A stretch of 64,000 nucleotides of DNA, taken from the NCBI RefSeq assembly GCF_006345805.1, contig NW_021833706.1:1-64000 (forward strand), in the 5' to 3' direction. Below are positions 54,307 to 64,000 of this stretch, piece by piece (the stretch's first letter is position 1; each line of letters opens with the position of its first letter). Below the pieces are notes generated by a model. It was not told where the DNA came from and searched no databases. It was given only the letters and a program-made list of their open reading frames with translations. Source of the DNA: Octopus sinensis. Taxonomy: Eukaryota. A program made the translations under genes and the position numbers.

Positions 54307-54683
54307 CACTTGCGTCAGAAATTAATTAGCACTTCTCAAATTTCTACATTAAATAGGTTAAATCAATTAACCTATGAGCTGTTCAAAACGTCTTACGCGA
54401 TGAGAAAACTTAGTATGGTGTGATTTCGGTCCTTGCGAGGCGCTACCTATATCTATTAAACAAAGGAAGATTTGTCTGCATCCGCACTCCAATTTGTTGC
54501 ACTGCTATGTCAACATCATAAGGCTGTAGACTCTCAAACTGCTCTGCAAACAAAGTTACGTCATCATTCTGCGCAACAGTGAACTCGCAACAAAGCAATA
54601 GTTCGAGATATGGCCACTAGGTGACAGCACATACCTTGAGTGAAGAGCAAATCAAGGGTGCTAATTAATTTCTGACGGTAGTG
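54307..54683. mobile_element. Tc1/mariner-type MITE, unit-E-specific
   Basis: ~26-bp TIR CACT(TG/AC)CGTCAGAAATTAATTAGCAC, TA duplication, empty site in unit B (about 18610). Confidence 0.88.
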
Positions 54684-54685
54684 TA

Positions 54686-54938
54686 TATCTCCGTGATCAC
54701 CGTCACAGACCAGGCTATCAGTTGTTGCTCCATATCGCTGGTCACAATGCGCTTCGCGTTGTTTTAGCATTCAAATGACAACGCGAGTAGGCCAACAGAA
54801 GGAAGGGAAAAAGTTGTAGCGAAAGGGTACATCAGTGATCACAACAACCCAATTCCCTGAGACTCGTGGAGCATTAAACACTCACTACGCCCAGTCCGCT
54901 TCCCTAACCACTAGGCCACTGCCACTGCCACGCCACAC
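54686..54938 (-). mobile_element. tRNA-derived SINE (unit E)
   Basis: Homolog of 18613-18906 with an internal deletion. Confidence 0.7.
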
Positions 54939-54939
54939 A

Positions 54940-55029
<90 letters not shown>

Positions 55030-55035
55030 ATATAA

Positions 55036-55654
55036 TCAAAAATGAGGGTGTCTGAAAGACACCAACATGCCGAAATAGCAGTCGAAATTCTGACTATAAA
55101 ACCACGAGGTAAAGCGGAGGGACAAAACATACAAGCAAAATTATTGAATAATTCAAGATCCAAGGATTTCTGGTTCTGCTTTAAATAAGCTTTACCATCA
55201 TCAATTGAATATATCAAGGGTACATAAATACAGATTTATATATGCACAGCAAACGATATACTTACACATACGAGCGTCGTGCATACATACATATGCACGT
55301 ATTGACACAGCCAGTTGAATTGCCCGCCAAAGCACCGCATAAATACGATATGGTTAAAATAAGCACCGCAGTGAATATAATAACGAATTATATAAATTTA
55401 TATATGAGGATAATATCGATATTTAAGTATCAAAATTATCAAGTGGCCAGCATGAAAGAAATACCTCACAGAGGTAAAAAATGTTTTAACAATTAAATAT
55501 GAGGGTGTCTAAAAGACACCAACATGCCGAAATAGCAGTCGAAATTCTGACTATAAAACCACGTTAAGTGTTCATATCGTACCATGAGGTAAAGCGGAGG
55601 GACAAAACATACGAGCAAAAATCATTGAATAATTCAAGATCCAAGGATTTCTGG
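55036..55654. mobile_element. Unit-E-specific insertion with ~130-bp direct terminal repeats (possible PLE remnant)
   Basis: 55042-55172 repeated at 55498-55654 (with a ~25-nt indel); inserted in (TA)n. Confidence 0.5.
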
Positions 55655-55954
55655 ATATATATACATACATCTCAATATATAGGTATACACATAAATATCA
55701 CAAATATACATATCTACTTATACGCATACACACACACAAACGCACACATATATGTGAGTGGACATACACTGTATAGTGTGATTGTTCGTGTACAATTGAG
55801 CACGTGTGTCTGTGTGCGTGCGTATGTGTGTGTGTTTGTGTTTATTTGTGCGTGTGTTTGTCCGTGTGTCTGTGTGTATGTATTTACATTCGTTCTTACA
55901 TATTGTCATATATAAAAACCAACGTGAATTACAGTCAAACATTACGAAATTCAC

Positions 55955-56030
55955 CGATCTACATTGGCACTCGTACGTTTTATTTTCAGTTGGAAAGAAA
56001 AGATTAAAAAAACTCGCCTCACTTCCGTTC
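55955..56030 (-). CDS. Candidate internal exon, copy E (76 nt; 1 nt shorter than A, B and C)
   Basis: Splice sites intact; the indel is next to a T7 run, so it may be an assembly error. Confidence 0.4.
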
Positions 56031-56343
56031 CTGATGGAGAGAAATAGATAAAACGTGTGTAAATATGTACGTATTCCTATGTGTGTGTGTGTGTGGTGTG
56101 TGTGTGTTTGTATGTGTCTGTTTCTGTGCGTGTGCGTAAGTGTACATCTAGATATAATACTTAACGCTAATATTAATAGGGCTAAACGTTGCAGCGACAG
56201 GGCATGGCCATGCTGGAACCCCACCATTAGATTTTTTTCATTACGCACTTATTTCCCTCTCCAGGATTATGTCTGGTGAAAGAGCGATCGGACAGGAGTA
56301 CAATTCCACCCTTCTTTGTGTTTCCTTGGGATGTGCGTATATG

Positions 56344-56427
<84 letters not shown>

Positions 56428-56432
56428 ATATA

Positions 56433-56479
<47 letters not shown>

Positions 56480-56491
56480 ATATATATATAT

Positions 56492-56538
<47 letters not shown>

Positions 56539-56584
56539 TGTATGTACATACATACGTAACTATATATGTGTGTATGTATATATG

Positions 56585-56619
<35 letters not shown>

Positions 56620-56926
56620 TGTATGTATGTGTGTGTGTGTGTGTGTGTATAGCACACATAGTGTGTATGCATCTATATTTTATGTATGTGTCTGTGATTG
56701 TCGCACCGCTATCGATTCTCAACTGATGTCGGCGTGTTTACGTCCCCGTTACATAGCGGTTCGGCTAGAGATACCGATATAATGAGCAATAGGCTTACAA
56801 AGAATAATTCCTGAAGTCGATTTGTCCTACTAAACGCAGTGCTCTAGCATAGCCGCAGTCAAATGAATGAAACGGTTAACAGAATATATTTATATACAAA
56901 CAAACACACACACACACACACCACAC

Positions 56927-56957
<31 letters not shown>

Positions 56958-57353
56958 GATATATATATAGAGAAAGATAGACAGAGAGATACAGTGATAG
57001 ATACACACACGCATATATTTGCTTGTATATATATATCTATATGTGTTCACGCGCTAATATATTCATATATATGTATATTTATATATACATATATATGTAT
57101 ATTATATATACAAATATATGTATATGTATATATATGTATGTTTAGGTGTGTGCGCCTGTGTGTTCGTGTGTGATTACGTGTGTGATCGTATGTGTGTGTG
57201 TGCTCCATAGGAACATATGTACGTGATTCATCCATCCATCGGTACGTACATACATCCACATATTAATACATACATACGTAAATGCATACATACATACATG
57301 CATATATAAATACATAAATACATAAATATATTAACAAAAAATCCATGACTTAC

Positions 57354-57497
57354 CGTTTTCGATTTCTCTTCCATTTTTCCTATTCTTGAATCTTGATGAA
57401 GAATCACGATCGTCAGAACGAGAAGAACCCCAAAAGCTATGAGAGAAGAAATGGAATAACGCTGCGAAATATTCCTGGACAGTTGTGCGAAATCCAT
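57354..57497 (-). CDS. First coding exon, copy E
   Basis: 144 nt, same 48 aa as A and C, GTAAGT donor. Confidence 0.78.
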
Positions 57498-60237
57498 TCT
57501 GGTGACAGTTGTCGGTCGTAAGTGATACTTCGTGTGGCTTCAACAAAAGATCGAGATGCGAGGTTGAAGCTGAAGACTGTAACTGAATTCCACGTATTTA
57601 TTGAGCGCACAACAACCCAGCTCTGGCATAGATCTTATCGTAAATGTATGAACCAATGCGATTGGTGGAACTGTAAAAGCGGGTGTGTGAACTTGTCTGA
57701 CAGGTTTAATTATTGGAAAGAGATGGTTTGATATTGTCACACAATAATTAGCAAAATATTTTGATGAATGAGAGACACGTGTAAAGTGAAATGATTCCTG
57801 TTTCTGGATATATTATGATATATTTATTTACTAATGTTTTTATTTAATTTTATTTGTTATTCTTGGGAAACTGTTTTAATATTCAGTGTGGGAAGTATTT
57901 CGTTCAACAGACGAGTACACAGACACACACAAAACACACACACACACAAACACACACACACAAACACACACACACACACTGACACACACACACACTGACA
58001 CACTGACACACACACACACACACAGACACACATACACAGGTACGCACACACTGACACACACACACACACTGACACACACACACACGCACACTGAGAAACA
58101 CACACACACTGACACACACACACCGATACACACACAAATACAAACACACATACACACTGACACACCCACACACACACACACTCTCACACACACACACTGA
58201 CACACACACACTGACATACACACACACACATACACTGACACACACACACACACACTGACATACACACACACACACACACACACACTGACACACATACACA
58301 CTGACATACACACACACACACAGACACACACACACTCACACACACACACACTGACATACTCATACACACATACACACATTAACACACACACACACATTCA
58401 CACACACACACATACACTGACGCACACACACACATACACACTGATAAACACACACACACACACTGACCCACACACTGTGACTCACACACACTGACACACA
58501 CACACGCTGTGACACACACACACACATACACACACACGGACAGATGCACACACACACACACACACATATGCGGGGAAAATGCAGGCTCGTACGAGCGACC
58601 GCAGTTACTGTTGGGGCACAAGGTTGAAGTCATCTCCTCTAGCGAAGTAGTTATCAAAGAGAAATACCGAAGGGAGGTAACTCACGACAGACTCCAGCCT
58701 GGCGCTCTAATGGCGTCACTTACTCGTTGTTGTTGACTATGTTTAAGTTAAAGCTATGGTTTTAAGTTTGTCCAGATATTCCCCTCTTCGGTATTTTCTT
58801 TTGATAACGGCTGAACTGGAACCCGATAGGGAGCAGCAGTGGACTGATATGCTGTTTTTGCCGCTTTCTGCACTGAATTTGCCTTTAGAGTTTGAAATAT
58901 GCCATTAGCACATTTTAACGAACCTAAAAATTGCTTATGCCTAATACTGAGCGCTAATACTGTTCACTGGAAACGCCATGTTGAATGTTTCCATATATTC
59001 ATTTGTCAATTTGCATTTCGTGCTTTCATATTACTTAATTATTATTCTTTTTCTCTAGCTTTTTCACAATCGAGCATTCTTATGGCACGCAATTATTCGG
59101 ACAAAAAACGTGCTGCCACCCACAGATCCCTCTTTCCACGGATACCTTCGTTTATCTGGCAGCGATTCTACAAACTCCCACATACAAGGAGCAATCATGC
59201 TGGGTAGAGTGTGAAAGACTCAACATGTTGCACTGATTCCACCTAATGTATATTTTATAAGTGGTGTTCCTTTCCTTACTAAGTCGTTTATGTGTGTTAC
59301 AGTTATTGTATGCATGTATCTCGAAGCAAGTTCCTCTTCTGCGAGTTTGATAGTTTTATGTTACAGACGGAGATAATTTGTTGAACTCGATGTTTTGTGG
59401 TGTTGCTGTAGATTCGGTTGATGCTGTTCCTGAAGTCTACTCATATTTCTTGGTGGTTTCATATTTTATTTTGGCACATCAGTTTTCAGGGAACGATGAG
59501 AGGCTGCGTGTGTAATGTGACGCGAGGCTGTGTGTGTGTGATTTTTATAGAAAAGCGGGAATATGTGAATGTAGGTTGAAAATATTTCATCGTGGGACGT
59601 GTACTTGTACCCTTGTCGAAAGTGTTTCGTGAAAACTTCAATGTGTTAGTAACCTGACAAGTAGTTAGGTAGTCAACATTTTGTGGTATTACTTCAGTGG
59701 ATATCAAATATGCTTTATTAGGTAATATCCGCGATTGGATTGCAGAGCTTTCATCGCATCGATTGTAGTTACATTGATACGTATGGGAGTATTTTTCTTA
59801 TTAAACCATCATGATTTAGTGATGTTAGTTATAAGCTTTTATCGTGTTTTTTGAAGATTGATCATGAAAGGGTGATATATTTGTACGGAGGTGTTTCATT
59901 TGGGGATTGTTTTCATTTTAAGACGGAATACACACATTTAAACGAATCATTTTATTTCAACTTTTAAATTTGATAAACTGAACCTCATAAAATGTATTCT
60001 AGAATCATTCCCTGAGGATTACATCGTTCTGTTAAGCTATTTGTCACATTCTATGACGTCTCTGTTGTTTCGTTTTGAATATTTTCTGAAAACTTGTAGC
60101 AGCAATTTAATTAACGACATATATTAGTTGGATAAAATACTGCGAAACATAATTACAAGAAACGTATATGTTGCTTTAAAATATTATATTTTAGGAATCG
60201 CCAACAAATTTTCATATAGAAACGAATGTAATTCTAT

Positions 60238-60741
60238 TCAATATTTACTGCACACAACACAGGTTAATTCTCTCGACATCGACATACGGTGGACATGGCA
60301 ATGAACCACAAGCAGCCTGAACGAAATACAGTAGAGCTCCATCTTCGTTTCTGTAACCCGCTGGATCAGCTTCTGGTGCATAATCCACACACACATATTC
60401 TTGCCTGCCCTTTTCTGCGTGATGACTAGCCATCAAATATCCTGAATACTCAGCTGTCCAACCAGAGTAACACTTTGTCCTGGCTGGTAACATCATAACG
60501 ACAGCAGGTTGTCGTGTCAAACAGACAGCGCACGGAACGTTGTGCTCATGAATTGATTCAGCGCGTTAGCAAAAGAAAAGAGTTTATTAGTCGGGTAATA
60601 CTGTAGTTGATATTCACTGCCATGAATGTAACCACCTTTTTCAACTTCTGTCGTTATAATTGGCCCAAATGGGGTCGTTAGGTAGACACAAGAGATTACT
60701 TCCGCCACCTGTGTGGTCGTACCATTGTCCACCAGCCACAC
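60238..60741 (-). pseudogene. Last exon, copy F: C4/NC1-like domain with small indels
   Basis: Domain split over ORFs 60517-60741 and 60245-60520. I saw only 1-2 nt indels and no nonsense substitution, so it may be intact in vivo. Confidence 0.7.
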
Positions 60742-60934
60742 CTTGAATTAGTAAGAATAAATCAATTAAAAAAGATATTAAGCAAAATTATATACGAAAT
60801 AACGGAAACATTCATTACAATTTTTCACTTAAAAGAAGTCATGCTTAGTCACGTGTGAACGAATTGTGGTGTATATATGTTAGTGTTTATGATGTTTAAC
60901 TGTGTGTTGCTGAATCGTAACTGTACATATACCT

Positions 60935-60981
<47 letters not shown>

Positions 60982-61011
60982 GATCAAATAAAACATGATG
61001 CCAAGGATTCA

Positions 61012-61088
61012 GCGGTACATATGTTTCGGGCCTTTATTAGGCAGATTTATAACAATGCATAATGTATGTCGTGGCCTTCTTCAGCCGC
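61012..61088 (-). ncRNA. Minimal type I hammerhead motif (left arm)
   Basis: GCGG/CCGC stem I, CUGAAGA(A), GGCC/GGCC stem II, GAAA, palindromic ACAUAUGU stem III, GUA triplet. Confidence 0.65.
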
Positions 61089-61217
61089 GCACAACAACTT
61101 CTTCCACAAGGACATGTGTTACATCAAAAATTCTTGGTTGGGGATGCAAATCCTCTCATTCGCGTACGACAAGAATTTTTGATGTAACACATGTCCTTGT
61201 GGAAGAAGTTGTTGTGC

Positions 61218-61295
61218 GCGGCTGAAGAAGGCCACAGACATACATTATGCATTGTTATAAATCTGTCTAATAAAGGCCCGAAACATATGTACCGC
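61218..61295 (+). ncRNA. Minimal type I hammerhead motif (right arm)
   Basis: GCGG 61218-21, CTGAAGA 61222-28, GAAA 61280-83, ACATATGT 61283-90, A61291, CCGC 61292-95. Confidence 0.65.
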
Positions 61296-61417
61296 TGAAT
61301 CCTTGGCATCATGTTTTTATTTTGATCAATTTATTCCACCACCTACACCACCTAACGGTATATACATGTGCTTACATTTATCAAGTACTCACCCCGAATT
61401 TCTGTACTCACTTATAT

Positions 61418-61474
<57 letters not shown>

Positions 61475-63000
61475 TATTATGTATGTATATGTATGTATAT
61501 ATATCGTAGTAAGCAACGAGGATATCCAGAGATAATGCGGCACGATTGTTTCATGCAACTCCATTTATATATATATATGTTTTGTGTATGCGGGTAAGTA
61601 TTTGTGGTTACGACGTGGATTATTATGTATGTTTGCATGGGGTAGGTGTTTTTCGGTGGATGTCAATAGATGGAGGAAAAGAACGATATTTTATAACGCA
61701 TGCACTCGTGTTTATCGGAAATGGAAAAGATGTTCACGTGTGAACGGGGATATTTTGGGTGGTGGAAAGTGTAGGAGGTTTGAGTAGGACAATACGGGAG
61801 ACGACGAGATGCAGAGAAGTGGTGGGTAACCGTCGATGAAATGTTGTTTAGTTGATCATACGAGAGTCAGTGGCTAAACCTCTCGTTTAGACTCGGACGA
61901 ATCAGGCTTACATAGACGTTATGATCACACAGACCTTTTTTCATGCAATACACAGAAACGAGGTGGGAGGAAAAATTGTGAGGTTCAGTGATGGCGTAGT
62001 GTTTAAGATGAATGGACGGTGGAGTGGGCGACCGATAAAGGATACGTGTAGGGTTTATAGAGAGAAGATTCGGAGCACTTTTAGGGATTGTGAGATTGAT
62101 TGGGGAAGAGGTTTGTAGCAGCAGTTTTGAATTGGAAGTTTCGGAATTACCTTACAAAGATATACTGGATAATTAATGAGGTGATGTGGTGCATGAAAAG
62201 AGCAAGGTTTTAGCGATAGGACGATTTCGGTGAGGCGGAGAAGAATAGAAGTGCATTCTGTACTCTGTTGTGTTCTCTCACTAATATTTAGTCTCTCTCT
62301 ATTTTACTTAATGAATAAAGTCCTTCGCTTTTTCCATCAGTTACAATATGTGGCTTGTCCAGTCCTCATTCTACATTGTGCGTTCATTCCATTAACCATT
62401 TACAGTCACTGTCATCAATTCTAAAAGACTCAATTCAATTTAGCCCACACCTACGATCACCGGGCACGTTAGTTAATGATAGTCACGTGGCCACTATTCA
62501 GCTCTGGTCACTCACGTACAATACCACCATCCGTAGCCTGTACAATTGATCACCAGTTAGCAGCCTCGGTATTTGATATCTACAATCCAAAGCTGGTCAG
62601 CCTGAAATTCTTGATCGCCATGGTGGTTTTCAGTCCAGCCCTGTCTGTAATTTAACGTAGAGATATCTATATTCTGTAGTTAGACAACATCCTTTTCACT
62701 TGGTCCGTAGTAGACAACATATAATATTCTGATTTGACCAAATACCTACAAAGGAGTAAGCAGTCTTGTGTAGTGTCTGTATAGTCTACAGGTATAGACT
62801 TTTGAAACGTGACATATCATAAGAGGATTTGAGAATGTTTATGTCAGACAAGCCGACAAAGGGTGAGTGTGTGCGCATGTGCGTGAGAGAGAAGGTGAGA
62901 GAGAAAGAGAGGCAACAAAAAGGTAGAATGAGAGGTATAAAAAGAGAACAAGAGAAAGACAAAAAGAGAATGAGACGTCAGAAATATAAAGTATACTAAC

Positions 63001-63075
63001 CGTCATATACAAGGTTTGAATAAGGAGGACAAGTTGTTCTACCCCACCGGGTATACAATGATCCGAGACCGGGTT
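63001..63075 (-). CDS. RWGR exon, copy F
   Basis: 75 nt, intact splice sites and frame; upstream exons lie beyond the window. Confidence 0.85.
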
Positions 63076-64000
63076 CTGTGATATTAAAATGAAATAATTT
63101 AGTTTAAAAGAAAGAATTGGGGGATCATTTACAAAGTAGGTTTTTGGATGGGATGGAATTGATGGAGAAGAGAGAAATATAGATTTGAAGAAAGAACGAG
63201 TGAATGAATGAAAGTCAGAACGAAAGATGTAAATAATAAGAATAAATTGTAAAGAAAGAAAGAAGACATTTGTCTGTTGAGCCTGTTGTTGACTTTGATG
63301 TCAAAGATTTGAGAGATTAATCTCAGAATATCAGAATGTGTATCGGTCTCCGCTATGAACGGATGTATGTATGATACGTAAACTTGGGTATGAGTATATA
63401 TACTTCTCAATAGAATTATGATAAAACTCAATAGAATAAAGATAAAATATTCGCCAGGTGCGAATATTCATCGGTCAATTACAAATATCAGTTTGGAGCT
63501 CGGCGCAAATAAGGCCATCATAACTACAATATGAAAATAACAACCATACCGCATCATTTGTCGATTTAGTTAAAAGACATCGCATCCGTATCTCGAGTAG
63601 AGAAGTCGATAAATGTATAGCACAACCCACCCAATACCGGTGCAACCAACAAGAAGCCTGCAACTTAATCTGGCGTGCGTGGGGTGGGAGCACAAAATTG
63701 ACGGTCTCAGGACACGAAAGCAGATCAAGAAAGGAACAACCTTTAATAAATGAGAATTAAAAAGTCAAAATTGTTAGATATAATCTGCCTGTAAGATATA
63801 ATCGGTGTCTCCTCTACAAAATATCGTTTCTCCGATAGCGTACACCTGGATATAGGCTTGAAACTCCACTACGCAACTCTGGTGCCAACAATGTCTGCAC
63901 AGGTGGGATTAGGATACTCTCAATCCCCAGCTTTCGGATTGTATTATGGAGTGAAACCTACTAGGTGTGAGGGTTCACCTCTTGAAACTAAGGCTGAATA

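Larger units (their letters stand above)
60977..61410. mobile_element. PLE-derived foldback insertion (~160-bp arms, 33-nt loop) in (TA)n
   Basis: 60977-61136 is the near-perfect reverse complement of 61170-61332; the right arm continues as a ~80-nt tail. Confidence 0.8.

Noticed and set aside
685-58575. Dozens of long ORFs rich in C/V/M/Y or H/T/I/Y (e.g. 3638-5302, 42714-43898)
   Set aside because: They are stop-free translations of (CA)n, (TA)n and (CATA)n microsatellites, with no domain or splice evidence.

Overview
AT-rich, microsatellite-dense animal DNA. The SINE families and the (TA)n/(CA)n/(TACA)n landscape suggest an octopod cephalopod; this is an inference. The window is mostly a head-to-tail tandem array (period about 13.4-13.7 kb where undisturbed) of a minus-strand multi-exon gene, with six copies A-F; A and F are cut by the window edges. 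Each copy has a near-invariant first coding exon with a hydrophobic signal anchor (MDFAQ...LIAFGVLLVLTIVIL...), a 75-nt YTRWGRTTCP exon and a ~500-nt last exon. The last two exons encode a 10-Cys spongin short-chain collagen (short-chain collagen C4, collagen IV NC1-like) domain; I saw no Gly-X-Y exon. Amino-acid differences between copies concentrate in five short patches of the last exon. Only copy E has an uninterrupted last exon. B and D carry nonsense or splice lesions. C and F carry small indels that may be assembly errors. Introns hold a 5'-truncated Penelope-like element with ~650-bp inverted ends, several hammerhead ribozyme motifs, an irritans-type mariner, MITEs, SINEs, and RTE, CR1 and Helitron fragments. 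The full exon chain between exon 1 and the RWGR exon could not be resolved because splice phases do not close. All alignments and counts are manual.
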